DNA of 64,000 nucleotides, taken from NCBI GenBank assembly GCA_000320545.1, contig ADNK01003243.1, positions 1 to 64,000 on the forward strand, written 5' to 3'. Position 1 is the stretch's first letter; each line of letters starts with the position of its first letter. The stretch comes from Bigelowiella natans CCMP2755 (taxonomy: Eukaryota; Protista; Cercozoa). The notes beneath the pieces were generated by a model that saw only the letters and a program-made list of their open reading frames with translations, did not search any database and was not told the DNA's origin. Shown here piece after piece: positions 1 through 20,089 of this stretch. Made by a program: the position numbers and the translations under genes.

Positions 1-487
1 AAAGTGTTGTTATCATCAAAAGGGAATAAATGGGAGTACCGACACATATTCCAATAACAACACCAACGATTGCAACAACTACTACAGGAAGAAAGCCGCA
101 GAAGCAGCCAACACCATCATCGTCGTCTCGCCCTCCTCCTCCTCCCCTTTCTTATAGTTTTGCTCCTTCTCCTTCTGATTCTGCTTCTGCTGATGTTGAA
201 AGAATCGTAGTGCTGTTGGCGGTGGTGGAGTCGATGGTGGCAATGGTCGCATGCAACGAGGTCCCACACGAGCGTATACTGATTGAAGGCAATGACGAGA
301 AAAAGAAGAAAGAAGAAAGAAGAAAGAAGAAGAAGAAGAGGGAGATGATGACGAGGGCAAAGACGACGATAATGGTGTTGGCTGCTTCTGCGGCTTCTTC
401 CTGTAGTAGTTGTTGCAATCGTTGGTGTTGTTATTGGAATATGTGTCGGTACTCACATTTATTCCCTTTTGATGATAACAACACTTT
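1..487. repeat. Long inverted repeat, arms ~1-135 and ~353-487 (left arm may extend past the window edge)
   Basis: 1-135 (aaagtgttgttatcatcaaaagggaataaatg...gccctc) is the reverse complement of 353-487 with only about 4-5 differences; ~220 bp loop. Confidence 0.9.
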
Positions 488-624
488 GACCGTGAATCTT
501 CCAGCAAATTTCGTGCTTCTTCGCATAATACCTAAGAAAAGAGAAGAAGAAGAAGAAGAAGAAAGGGTGAACGCAAATATGTAGTAAGTAAGTGTTGTTA
601 CCCGTGTTGGTAAAAATGTCGGTG

Positions 625-655
<31 letters not shown>

Positions 656-852
656 ATCATTTATAGTCATGTGTCGTCTTTTTTTCTTATACATACGAGC
701 GCGTAAGCCGTTCAATTTGGCGCCATATTGACCCTTCAAGCCTACCAGAATCACGATCTTTGCGCATAGTAGTAGTGGTAGTAGTAGTAGTAGCAATAGT
801 AGTAGTAATAGCAGTAGTAGTAGTAGTAATAGTAGTAGTGGTAATAGCAGTA

Positions 853-883
<31 letters not shown>

Positions 884-1785
884 CTGTTGTTAATGACTGG
901 GAGAAGATAAAAAGGTGTGATCGTTCCTTAAATATAAAATAAAAATGAAAAGATAGTCTCTCTTCTATGAGTATCTCCCCCCCCCTACCCTACCTGTCCG
1001 ATTAAGAATTCTTCGTTCCATCCTCTTGGGAATTTATCATCATAATTATTTGAGAATATCCCATCAAGTTTGTTTAGAAATATAGATATTTCTCCTCCTA
1101 CTCCTTCATCTTCATCACCATCATCACCATCATTCTCATCATCCTCATCCTCATAGAGTGTTTTTGAGAGTGGTGGTTTTGATGGTCTCGAGGGAACAAC
1201 AACACTACTAGTTGAATTTGTTTCTTCTTCTTCTTCTTCTTCTTCAGGTCCAGCCCTCTTCCTGTTCATCCTTATCCTCATTCTCATACTAATTCTATCA
1301 TTGCTGCACGTTTTCTTATCCTTCTCCTTCTCCTTCCCTCCTCCTCCTCCTCCTCCTCCTCCTCCTCCTCCATCATTTCCCTTTGCCTTTCCTTTTTCTT
1401 CTATTCTTCTTTCATTTTTCACATCCCACTCCTCGTGATATCTATCCATGCTCTTTCTTTTCTCTTTCTTTTTCGCCGATGTTTCTCTTATCATTTCAGT
1501 ATTATCGATGTTGGACTGTCTAATTATATAATGTGATCTGCCACCACCGATGCTTGTGTCGTCATCACCATCGTCGTCATCGTCGTCATTTTCATTCTCA
1601 CTATAATAGCACTTAACGCACATGTAAAAGCTAGACTTGAGTATACACTCCGACTCCTGATGAAACAACGACAGCACTAGTGTATTATTATCCCAACAAT
1701 ACCACCACTACAACGAACGATCGATGACGACAACGAGGAGAAAATGCATTGTGCGTATTTGCTACACACACACACACACACACAT

Positions 1786-1825
<40 letters not shown>

Positions 1826-3790
1826 AATATCAATATAGTTTTTATTTATATATTATGTGTACATGTGCGTGCTTCAACATTTGTATAATTTACTTGGTAC
1901 ACGCAGTATTATTAACTTTTTGAATATGAGCTTTCTCGTGTATGATGTGCACTGCAGCATTTCGAAAAGACTACTACCACTACAGTTGCAAAATAAACTA
2001 TATGTTCGTCATAACCACCTTGCACATATAAAAACATTCTGCTTCTGAATATTCTGAGCACAAAGCACATATGATACCGTAGCTTGCTTTTCCAAGGCGC
2101 TACGTTATGTTATTAGGGATGTTGGTTGTTTATTACCTCGTTTTGTTATTATTATAGCATCAGTGTATGATGATGTAGCAGTAGTGTATTGGAAATCTAG
2201 GAACAGCAGGTAGATCATTCTATGATGACCAAATAAAGGAGAAGCTCACGATTCTATTTATTTTTCCTTGCTTTCCATTCTCTTCTTATTGTTTGTGATC
2301 ATTATCGTCGTCAACATCGTAACCCGTCACTGTTATATCATTGTAGTCGTTATCATTTCTCTACTCCTTACCAGTGGATGATGATGCTTTGGAGTAGAGG
2401 TAATAATGGGTAGTTGCGATGCCTTAATCGGCTTCCACGATGAACGAAGACGCATAATAAACTAGTGAGAAATTGTCCAGATTGGATTATAATCATATTC
2501 AAGAAGTTATGCAAATTTATCATTAGATTTTCCATTCTCCTCTTCCTTCTCCTATTACTCTTCGTTTCTTTTTCTCTTCTTCTTCTTTTTCTTTCTGCAG
2601 GCACAGATATGCAGACACACACATTATTTTCCTTGTGGTAGCGTGCCTTTCCTCCACCTCCAACACCAGGCGCCGCCAAATCCAAAAGCTTTTTCATCTC
2701 CCCGTAGTCGACCGATTCTTCCAATTCCTTGAGTCTTTTTGCGAAACCCCGTAGCTCCTGTTTCGGAGAAGGGGAGGAAGGGCTACCGGCAACAATGTCA
2801 CATTTACAAAAATGATCACATTAATTCGATCAGTTTAGTCTATTACAACACGTTGCTGCTATACACAAGTTGCATACAATATGACCTATATCTAGAAGGA
2901 ATACTGGACTCGCTTGGTCGATTTTGTGAAAAGCTTGTTCGGCATATATACTCGTTACCTGAAAGCTGAGAGAAATAAATTCAGTATCGTTCTTTTATCT
3001 CAGTAAATGAATGCACAAGCTTACCCTCACAAGAAGGCTGGCACGGTGCCTCTGGTGATCGCGAGACTTTATTGTCTTACGAAGCCTAAAGTTGTTTTTC
3101 TGATAGTATACAAAATAACAGCAACTTTTCCAGTCGAACCAATTCAAATTTGGGCGCTTGATGAGCGACTTTTTTCTACATTTTTTCTACATTGGATGTT
3201 TTACTTTCTCCTCCTTTCATCTCCCATCACCTTCACCATACGACAAACCAACCTTGAGACATTCTATTCGCGACTTGAGCTCCCTCTGCTGACGTCTCAA
3301 CACATCAATGCGGGCGATCTTTTGCTCAGTTGCCCGGGAAATCTCACTTCTCCGGTAATGATATGCTTGGACTAGGTTCATTTTATTGTAGTATTAATCA
3401 CCTATAGTCTCCGAGCGAAGATGGGGGGAGCATGGGGGGGAGAGATTGGAGTACGAGGTGCTTGATGGAGGTGATGATAGGTTTGACCAGCACCACCAAG
3501 AGAAGATGTGCCAACGAAGGAGATTATTATTAGAACGAACAGCACAAACACCAAATTCAATACCGGAATTCAGTACACTTTTACGGGGAAAACAGCTCAA
3601 ATACCAACTTCAACACCAACTTCGATTACCATAGTTGGTGACGTATCCTTCTCGGCTGACACTCTCTCGCAACGGGGAGCCACGAGGTCCACGCAGCAAA
3701 CTGGAAAGGTGTGCGTTCTCGTCGGTAATTGTCTCCTTGCGACAACAAAATGGCACTTGTGCTTGCTATTGAGCGCAAGCTAACATCCGA
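82..3790 (-). CDS. Multi-exon protein of unknown function: coiled-coil and low-complexity regions plus a small C-terminal protist domain (G-x-V-x-L-x-GL...LNG...GR-x-V); start uncertain
   Basis: GT-AG bounded exons give ...EQKIARIDVLRRQQRELKSRIECLK (3253-3370), RLRKTIKSRDHQRHRASLLVR (3025-3087), a long exon ~993-1560 ending LIGQ, then IVILVGLKGQYGAKLNGLRAR, IMRRSTKFAGRFTVKVLL (457-532) and LYARVGPRCMRPL (from 278) to a stop at 82. Confidence 0.55.
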
Positions 3791-4126
3791 AGCCAAGTCG
3801 TATAGCCCAGTTTAAGGTATCTGACTTATTGCAATATATTGAAAATATCTTTTTGAAATATTGTCGCAACATAATTTCCCCATTTAACTTGAATTTGTCT
3901 TCATATGATTGGCCGACCATTGCTCTGAAAAGATCTGCTCAACAGTGCATCGGAAAAAAAAAAGTTTTCAATATTTGCGACATGCTATTTTCGTTGGCAC
4001 AGTAGAAAATTCGGTTGCATTTTATCTTTTTCTATTTTTTGCATGGAGAAATCGTAGATCGCTGCCCCCTGCTTGCCTGCCCCTCAACGGAATCTGAAGT
4101 GAATTCGCACTGGCAATTACGAAGCC

Positions 4127-5558
4127 ATGATCGTGCGGGCTCGAGGCACTGCAGAATGGGACCATAAAGACATCGAATGGGCACAATTAGATAAGACCAA
4201 GATGCTGGGCTCACAGACTGCAATGGTATCTTGTTTCCCACTAAAATGCTGTTGTCGTTTTTGTATCTGAGTTTGTGCGCAAATTGCAGGCGGTAGGCCT
4301 ACGTGGGATGTTATATCCAAATAGCGTTATAAAAACACACGTCCAGACAAACGTGTTGACTGGTACAACAAAGGAGGTGGCGAGGACTATTATTGAAAGG
4401 TACAATTGAGCAACTATTTGTCCGCAGCGAAAACAGACGAAAACAGATTAGTTTACTTCTTTTGAATGATCTCACTCATACTGTCATTACGACAGGAACG
4501 GACTTCGCGGCCTATGGCGCGGGTTTTTCACATGTCAAGTTGGAATTATCCCCGCTCATTCGGTGTATGTGACTGCTCTGGAATGCAGCAAACAGTATAT
4601 AAAGCAGCACCTGGCAATACAGAAAGGTGTTGGATCCAGAAGAGCGACGCAACTGAGTTCTTTCATGGGGGGAGCTGCTGCCTCTCTGTGTGCAGCTGTA
4701 GTACGAACACCTACGGTAATACACCAAAAAACTTGAATATTTGTCTTGAGAAACTACACCTGACACCTCATCATCAGAACTTCTCATCGTTTCTGTTATC
4801 CCCTCCTCTAGGATATAATAGCTCAACGATTAATGATTCAAGGAACGAAGGGGGCTTCGACGGCATACAGCAATGGGTTTCACGCCTTTCGAACAATTCT
4901 GAAAACTGAGGGGATCCGTGGACTTTATGCAGGGCTGGGCGCTGCTGTCCTTGTTTCAGTACCGTTCTCGGCTACTTTTTGGGGGAGTTACTCTTCTCTA
5001 AAGTTCTATATTGGCCATAGTATGTCTGGACTCGCCTCGACTGTAGAAGAAAGAAGAAGAAGAAAGCAAAATAATTTGAGCAATCTAAGTAATAGCAGAA
5101 GTAGCAATAGTAGTAGAAATATGATGCCAGCTGCGGCTCAAGCAGAAGCTGCTGAGAATCAGCTTGCCACTGCCATAAATGCATCTACTGCCTCATCGGA
5201 AAATGATGAAATTAGCAAAGGGATATTGTCCAAAGCTCCTTTCGGAATGTGGGAAGCCTTAGTATTTTCGAGTGCTGCGTTTCTCTCAGCAAGCTTGGCA
5301 GTTGCTGTAACAAACCCCATTGACCTGGTGAAAACTAGAATCCAAACAAAAGCCAAGACCGGACGAACAGCAGAAGGCGGGAGGCTTGCTCAAAGCGGTG
5401 CTGGCATCCGGCAGCATCTATGGAGTATAGTGCGGTATGAGGGTTGGTGGAGTCTGACAAAAGGATTTAGTTCAAGAGTATTAACAACAGGACCATTCTC
5501 GATTCTAGGGATACTGGTGTATGAGGGCACAAAGCACATGAGTCGAAAAAGTCTTTGA
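4127..5558 (+). CDS. SLC25A44: Mitochondrial carrier, SLC25A44-like (4 exons)
   Basis: Spliced product MIVRARGTAEWDHKDIEWAQLDKTKMLGSQTAM|AVGLRGMLYPNSVIKTHVQ...|NGLRGLWRGF...VRTPT|DIIAQRLMIQG...EGIRGLYAG...PIDLVKTRIQ...EGWWSLTKG. Three carrier repeats; the IEWxxLDK N-terminus and a first motif lacking the acidic residue are SLC25A44 traits. Confidence 0.85.
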
Positions 5559-6355
5559 CGATGATGGTGGTGAACAATAATTATTCACATATCGATTCCG
5601 ATTCCTTTAGTTTTAGGTAGTAGACTGCTTAGATATCAATTTTGTGCATATTGCAGGAATCAAAATGAACCAACCATTTAGATGTCATTCAACAGGGAAA
5701 ATAATGAATTCGGATGCTAAATTTGTAGAATCGTATTGTGATGAAAGCGAAAGCTTTTACTAATGTTAGTACGATGCACTAGTGCACATAGCGCAATGTA
5801 ACTATAAGAGCGCAATGTCTGCTAGTGTGTGCATTGCAGTGTGCTACTCGACAACAATAATAAATGATAACTACTCGGCTTCTTATTATTTCGTAGCCCT
5901 TCGCAGTATACAACACATCTCGGGGTATGTGTCCGTCAACGCATGCCAAAGTAAAATTATGCGTTCACATAGACGCTAATAATATATGTGCACCTAACAC
6001 AACGCAAACGTAGCAATTAATGACTGTTTTTACATGCTGTGCCTGCAACTGCATGACGCGCGCGCACAACCCTGCTGCTCAATATTATTATTAGTGCCAC
6101 ATGCACGTCACATGTCATTAGTATCGTGAAGAGCAGCATATGTAGCATGGATGTCTTGCATGTACTGTTTAGTGTTGATCGATGAAGTATGTAGGTGAAT
6201 GCTAGGCTCGCTTCGGCTCGTGCAGAATACGATTTGTAGTGACGCGCGGTGCATGTGTAGCACACGCGTAGTCGTATGTCATCCGATGACTTCAATCCGG
6301 CACACTGCGCCGCGTGGTACTTCATTGTAAGTCAAAATGTACTCTGTATCTTAGT

Positions 6356-6453
<98 letters not shown>

Positions 6454-6463
6454 TTATAAATTT

Positions 6464-6498
<35 letters not shown>

Positions 6499-6550
6499 TA
6501 TTTTTATGTATTTCAAATTAACGTAAGACACTCACTGCACTAAATCAGGT

Positions 6551-7477
6551 TTAATCCCTAGAAATTTCCTGGGCCTCCCTTTTTTTTTCCTTTCCATCTT
6601 CGTTGATATTCTCGCCTTTACTTTCTTGGCTGCTGACACTTGAAGGCAGTGTGTTGTTCTGATGCTCCACGCCTACGATGAACAAATCCCAAATTACTTC
6701 AATGCACACCTACCACCCACCACCACTTATCCATACGAACAACCAAAAACTCGCTCTATATCCTTCAATAACAATGCAAATGGAAGAAACATTTATCTAT
6801 CGCAAGGAGAAAGACAAGATATCAGTGTATAGCGTCTTTAATAATGGGCACACGTAAATGTTCAATAGAAAACACAGTGTCGTCCGTCACAAGGTAGGTA
6901 GGTTCTTGAAATAATTATTACCAATATTAAAAGTATGGCCAACCACACCAGAATTATCCTTCTCTGAAGGAAACACCCAACCTTGGTAGGTAGGAGGGTG
7001 GATGAGTAAGTTATTGGGAAGAAGAAGGAGAGTCAACGCAAATAACATCAACGTTATTGTAAAAAACACATATTTGAAGAGCAAATGATGCTATTCAAAG
7101 TAGAAGAGGTAGAGAAGAGTAGCTGCAGCAACACAAATTCTACTACTCTTTTCACCTTACTACTACAACAACTACTACTATTACTACTACTTACTACTAG
7201 TACTTCCACTAATACTGCTACCTACAAAGTAGTATACTACCTAACAATGATCCGAGAATAGGTGTCTTTCGTGCTAGAGCAATAGGGTGATATCTGAAGA
7301 CATATAATTACTGTTATTATTAGTATCACTATTTATGAAACAACACTTGATAATGACCAATATTAACATCTCATACATATTTTTCACAAAATGAAGGAGC
7401 AGGAACTATTACGCAGTAGTCGTGTGCTCTTCCAATTTTCGCTCGGCTTCTTGGATTCCTTTTTGACAACAAATTGG

Positions 7478-7536
<59 letters not shown>

Positions 7537-7569
7537 GACAAAGTATAAACTTGGTAAAAATAAAAAATG

Positions 7570-7604
<35 letters not shown>

Positions 7605-7929
7605 GTGTGTGTATAAATAGTCTTTTAATGTCCTGAATCAGGATCATGATCTAATCGTTATCATCGCGATCAACACTAGTCTGATACTCTTTTGTTTATC
7701 CATAATAACCAACATATCTAATTAATGCAAAAGGCCCACCGCCATCACATATCCATCATCATTATCACCATCACCATCATCATTCTATCATAATAATTGC
7801 CACCCAATGTTATGCTCTCTGATAGAGCATCCATCACGTCCTGATGAAGATGATCAACACAGAAGGGGAAGAAAATCGATGTTAGGATGTTGTTATGATT
7901 GGAAAAACGCTAAATATTGCAAACACATT

Positions 7930-7964
<35 letters not shown>

Positions 7965-8378
7965 TACTCTTGCATCTAAATAACCCTCTTACTTACTACC
8001 TGAGGCAATTCCATATTTGTTGCAACATCAACTATCATCTTCGACGTTCAAGACATAGAAGAGGAGGAAAAGGAGGAGGAAAATGAGGAGGAAAAGGAGG
8101 AGGGAAAAACCATATTATGATAATAATAACAATGATATTAGTATCGACGACCATGTGGTCGTCTCCACAGAGGCGAACAACTTGCAGCATAACAACTTAG
8201 GTGGTGGTGGTGGTGTGTGTGTGTGTGTGTATGTCTTAGCATCATCATTGTATTATTAAAGGAATTGATGGATAGATGAGAACTTCTTCTATCTACTACC
8301 TCTAAGACTGATTTCAACTCTGAAGGTCCAATAGAGACACTCAATACGATGCAAGGAGACGACGAAGAAGATGATGAG

Positions 8379-8409
<31 letters not shown>

Positions 8410-9323
8410 ACGTTGCAATCGATTGGTGAGTACTACGAGTAGCACTCTTATTATCATTCTTTCTTTCACGGTAATGGTGTCTCGGTGATTCTCCGCCTCC
8501 TACTCCTTGCACTTCTTCCCCTATTGTACTGCTGCTACCGTCATTATTATTTCTTGTTGTTGATGTTGTAATGTTACTACTATGGCTATTGGTTTTATCG
8601 GATAAACTATTTGTATCTGCGGCCATAGTCGTGCTGCTGCTGTACAAAGGAGGAGGATGAGCACCGCTGTTGCTGCTGCCATTACTACCACTACCACTAC
8701 TGCTACCATTGCTGCTACTATTGTTATTATTATTGTTATTATTATTATTATTATTATCATTTCCATAATGATATCCTAGAGAGAATCTTTCAGAATTCTT
8801 CAATTCCAGCAACTGAGTAGTAGTTGTAGTGATAGTCGTATGAGTAGCAGTAAGTAGTAGCAGCATCATTCGGAAGAGGAGGAAGAAGAAAAAGGAAGAA
8901 TGAGAAGGAGATGATGCTAATTGGTGGTGGTGCTACTACGGCTACTATATGAAAACTCACCCGAGCTAACGTCATATTTAATGATTCTAGCACGCTAATC
9001 GGCATCTTGTAAGGCGGAACATACCTTCAACAACAACAACAACAACATATAATTATTATCTGCGTTATGATTAGAATTCATTCAGATGATCTTACACAGA
9101 GTCGTGCTTAGCGACTCTTTCTTGCACAAATTATTGTTGAGGAGCTATTATTATTATTGACCTCACAGCTCCAATACCAACGAACCTTGAAAATGATGAC
9201 AACAACCACACAACAATATTTTAATTTAGCTGCTTCTTAGTGGATACTGAGGCATCATTATCATCATATCTTTCTACCCCATTTTTCTCTCCTCCTCCCC
9301 CTCCTCCTCCTCCTCCTCCTCCC

Positions 9324-9359
<36 letters not shown>

Positions 9360-9750
9360 TACTATTATTCATCACACCCATGGACTTGTGAAGGCGTGAT
9401 TAGCTCCAAATTGGGAAACGCATTGATATCCTTCACCAGCCTCTCTCCTGCTCAATCAACACGCGATGACGATAATGACGACGAAGACGAAAAATGTACG
9501 CAGCAGCTGTGAGGGACACCATCATCATATAATAAGAGTGAGGAGGAGGATCATTAGTAACAGTACGTAAACAAATGATGTGAGTAGTACTTGTGGATGC
9601 TGCGAGCATAAGAGACGTCATCTGTGGTCCGTCCAATAAGGAAATATAATGTAAGAATAACAATGTAAGACAGCAGCTTTTGCCGTTTAAGCACCACTGC
9701 TACTCTCGTCTTCTAAGTTTCTTCTGAAGCAATACTAAAAATACTAGTGT

Positions 9751-9782
<32 letters not shown>

Positions 9783-11915
9783 TTACACCACCATTATCTT
9801 CATCCTCGCAACTGCTTGGTCAATACGATATATTGTCGGGTGAAACTCATGATCATCTAGACATGTCTGCCCCCCTCCATTTTCTCTTCCTCCTCCTCCT
9901 CCAATACGTAGTAGTTCCCCTTTTTGTTCTGTCGTCGCTTGAATCATAGCTGCTGTTGGTGTGCTTCTTGCGCCGTTAAGATTATTTGATTTCACTCTGC
10001 CTCCTCTTTCTCCTACCCCTAATATAATGAAATGCCATCGTCATCATCATCATTATATCATCATTATTATCATCATCACTATCATCAACATCTCCACGAT
10101 ACTACTCCCACAGCCATCTCTCACAATCACCTTCCTGCTGCTGTTGTTGCTGCTGTTTTTGCTCAGATTCCTCCTTAATTTATGAAATAAAACTGATGGT
10201 AAGATATGCGCTAGCTGGCTAAGACAATGGGAATGCATGATGCTGATGATGACAATATTATTTATCCTTATGTGATTGCCGTGGAATGTCTCTCGCAATG
10301 TTATGATTCTCACTAGTTTGTTGTTTTATTATTAAAATAATGATGATGTTACCACCTTTGCCTCCGCCTCCCCACCCGAAGCAAAGGGATTGAAGAATAT
10401 GCCTAATGGTTATCATTAAAATTGTTAAAAAATAATAATCGTGATTTTTATCGCCGAGCGTGACACTGATGACTCAACGTCTACAAGGCAGGAAAAGAAA
10501 GAGAAGTTTATTCGTATTTTGAATCAATCATTAAAGAGACCAACACCAACCAATGATCATATATTTCTTTCTTAAATAAAGGGGGATGATTTATATTGTT
10601 CTTCTCATACCAGTAACATTATCGTGGCTTGCAAGGTTGAAGTTGGAGTCTAACCCCTCCCTTGTTAAATTCTGATGAATCCATTCTTGCAAACTATTGA
10701 CTGTGAGATTGAACGATGAAAGATCGAGAGCACCACCACCACTACCACCACCACCACCCATTGCAGTAGTAGTAGTAGTAGTAGTAGTAGTAGCAGGTTC
10801 CCTTATCCGGAAAATGACGATGTGTGGCTGTCTCATTCCAGGACCTACTTCGGCATTTAGCCATTTACTCTCTCTTTTCATACACTTCCGCAAGTGATCT
10901 TTTTAAGTAATAAGCAGCAGGAAACAGAGAAAGGACACATACATACCACACAAATGCAACGTAATAATTCAAATCATTTATAAGGATAGGGCAGTACAAC
11001 AAACAACTGTGGGATGTTTAACAGATTGCGTGACTCATTCTAATTTTGCACTTTGTAAGTAAGACTTTTGCGAGTGATGATTTAGTAGTCATTCAATATT
11101 TTCATCATTATATTGCTCGTGTCGTAAATACTTCAATTGAACTATTCACGAAGACACCACATACACCACACACACACACACACACACACATGAATAACTC
11201 ATAATTCATCATAATCATCCATCAATATCTCATCATCATCATCATCATTTTCATCATCATTACTACTATTACTACTACTACTACTACCGCAAAGGGTGAG
11301 GTGAAGCTCAACGTGTTTACTTATCGAACACAAATCGGTCATCTGCGTCTGTTGCCATAGAACTGCAGTAGGCGTCAGTTTCTGGCTTTTTTCAGGAGGG
11401 GGGGGTGGAGGCACAAAGTTTGCTCTCATCAGAGCAAGACCAAGGTTAATTGATGTGCCTAGATTGAACCATTTCATTGGTTGCGCAACAATGATATCAG
11501 CAAGATTCAATATATCTCTGAACCAAACACCACTTCTCAATTGGGAAGTAGTAGCAGAGGCACATAGCAACAAGCAGGAGCCCTCTAGTATCAACGTGAT
11601 GGAGTGCTTGTCACAGATTCTTCTCAGAGCTTTAATATTATCACATTGATAGGCTATGCTCCCCTCTCTTGCGCCAACACAGGCTACTAGTGCACATGGA
11701 AGTCTCCCTGCACTCTTATCTGCCACTATCTGCTGCTCTACTCTCTCCAAATCGATCTCAAAACTATTGAAAAGCAAGCTGCTGCTGTTCCTTCTCACTG
11801 CTAGTGTATCAGCCGTTTTCTGATCTCGGTAGTCATTGCTGCTGCTGGTGGTGGTGGTGCGGGTGGTGGTAGTGCTGGTGGTGGTAGTGCTGGTGGTGGT
11901 CGCGTTGTTGCCTAG

Positions 11916-11964
<49 letters not shown>

Positions 11965-12655
11965 GTGTGTGTGTGTTGTGTGTGTGCATTATCTATATGT
12001 ACAGCATTTTCATTCTGTCTGTTAGAAGAAAGAGAGTAGCAGGTCTCTATTATTACACACCCCTAGTGATAGTAGTAGCAGTATTAGCAGTAGCACAGTC
12101 TTGATCATTGTGCACTGCTCTTACTTCAACAAACTCGAAGCATCGAACTGGCAACATAAGGTTCCACGCTAGTACAGAGCGTGTGCTGCTACTGTGTGCA
12201 AGATGGCTTCCTTGGCTGAAATAGAAAACTGGGGGGCGACGGCAGCTGCTTGCGCCTACTTGCGCAAGAGAAGGATATGCCCTGTGCATTGCTGACCGAA
12301 GTGCGAACAGTTCCGCCTCATCTTCAGATGCAGTTATATGCACATCCATTTCCTCCTCATCTATTTGAAAGAGGGTGGAGAGCTTCGAGGTAATGAATGT
12401 TTCCATGTATCTTTCAACAGGGATTACTTGACTAGGATGAAACTTCTCAGATAGATACGAAGACATTATCTTAATTAGCTGAGCATGTTTGGTCATTGGA
12501 GACGCAACATGGGCCTTGAACTCGTTCGACTCCATGACACGGTTAAAGTAATTAAGAACAGGGTCAATCAGTTCCTTGTCATCGCTGCTTGAGATCTGTG
12601 CACTGAGTAGCTTGGACATAGCCTTCAGGTTCGCCTCGATGTCTTCAAAACTCAT
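6551..12655 (-). CDS. PDXDC1: Pyridoxal-dependent decarboxylase domain-containing protein 1-like (~14 exons)
   Basis: Exons encode IDLERVEQQIVADKSAGRLPCALVACVG...DNIKALRRICDKHSITLILEG...ADIIVAQPMKWFNL, IVIFRI, GIFFNPF, FVGIGAVR|YVP, LSESITLG|IQEAERKLEE, RKTPILGSLLG|WVFP...GHTFNI. These match PDXDC1 motifs in order (GRLPLLLVA, LHVEG, GLGVVRY, KGIQEA, IPVVGSVLNWF, GRTFNL). Stop at 6551-6553. Confidence 0.85.
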
Positions 12656-13419
12656 AGTAGATCGAATTGTAGATCTAATCTAAAAAGTTACGACCAGCTT
12701 AACTGTTGTAACAACACATGGATATTCAAGTTATTTTGTTGTTGTTTTAACTTTAACCGAGTGATCATTCAGGAAGCATTGAGATATGCAGGAAGATTGT
12801 TGTTGTGCGCTACTGACTGGTCTCCGACGATGACTTGTCCATCAGAAAACAGTATTATCATAGTGTTCGGTAGTGGTGATTAGTTCTGTAGCTATTTGGC
12901 TGATAAGGATGTACCTTTCCTCCTCCTCGTTGTATGATTATAGATGATGAGGAAGCTGTGCTGATGATGAATGCACGGAAAGACCAATGATGATGACGAC
13001 GATGAGCGTAGTTTTTAATGCAAAAATATAGGTCAGAAGTATTATCGATAAAATAGTGACCATTTGTCGTTATTCCTTGGTATATAAACAACAATAATAT
13101 ATCCAAACTAAAAGGACGATCGATCAACGATAAAGTACCAAGCCAAATACATTCAAAAAAATGGGTCCTTTCCCGAAGTGATTCGATAATGTTCTGGATT
13201 AGTAATTTCCGGCTGTAATTATTGTCCAAATCGACTTAGGTGTTTCATCATCATCATATATCTTAACTGACGTCTCATCCCACCCCCCCCTTGCTCCAAA
13301 TTGGGCACAACATGCTTGAATACGGAGCATCCTCGTCGGCGGAATTAAAATATAATTATCAGGACCTTTCATTGATGAGCCAGTACAGCTCTTTCGAAGC
13401 AGCACCTACAAACCGGATT

Positions 13420-18912
<5,493 letters not shown>

Positions 18913-19666
18913 GCTGCTACATATCTACCAAATATAGCAGGCACTCAATTGCACTGTTTGCCCCCCAAACACCATTATCACCATATATCAGGAGGTAAAA
19001 AGTGGGTGTGCGAAGGAGACACGTGCAAGATGATGGACAACTAATTAAGTAGTAATTGGGCATGAAATGTGTGAATGTCGAACTTGCAGTACCGATCTTA
19101 ATAACTCGTAAATGACAGTGCTTTGTGGGTAATTACACTTAATTAACACGACGTGGAGACCATCAAGTTCGCTTATTATTGTCATTGTGATAGGAAATCC
19201 CACGCTAACAAAGCTGCATGCAACATTTCTAGATTTATTAAATGTCGAGTCTCGTTCTTATTACAATGTCACACATGGTAGCAATGCACAATAGTGCATG
19301 CCAGCAACTAGACCACACTGGTTGCATGCTCTACGAAAGTGCACGAAAGCATAGCTCATGTATACATATGGTCTGAAAAGCAAATAGAAAGAAGCAGCAG
19401 TCGACGTTTTGTTGCTATGATGGCTTGAAACGCTCTAGCGCTGGCTGTCTAGCTGTGTGCGCCGCGCGGTGTCATCGATCGATGCTAAGTGCTATGACGA
19501 CTAGGGAAGTATTGCCGGATAGACTTCAAGTAGCATTGTATAGAGAACAGAAATCATCACGTCAGGGCGCACTACTTTTAGCTACTAAATTAAGGCGTTT
19601 GTAGCTATTTAACTCAGCTAGTCAGCAAGACTGGATTCTGAAGACTTTGCGTATTCGTATGTACAC

Positions 19667-19713
<47 letters not shown>

Positions 19714-20089
19714 AGCGCAACAGCACATGTATGGAACGCACATTTTGACATTTTACAAATGCAGCTAGCTCTATCGATTAGTCTAGCTAGCTATGGGTGG
19801 CTAATCAAAAATTTACTGTAATCGTTGGTCTTATATCCTGTGAGCTCCTACATCTAGACATGTGTGTGTTTGTGCGTGTGCATACTTGAATATTCATGCT
19901 GCACATTTAATTTACAATCTCTTGGTACATTGGTGAACCGTTCAGTACAGTAGCAGTGAAACACTCTAATGCTAGAACATCTGGAGTATCCCTTTCAGGA
20001 TAACAAGTACAGACTAGAACTCACTGAACGCTATTTACACGTTACATGCGATCTCACATGCTGGGTATTGTCTAAATCTAATGATTTTC

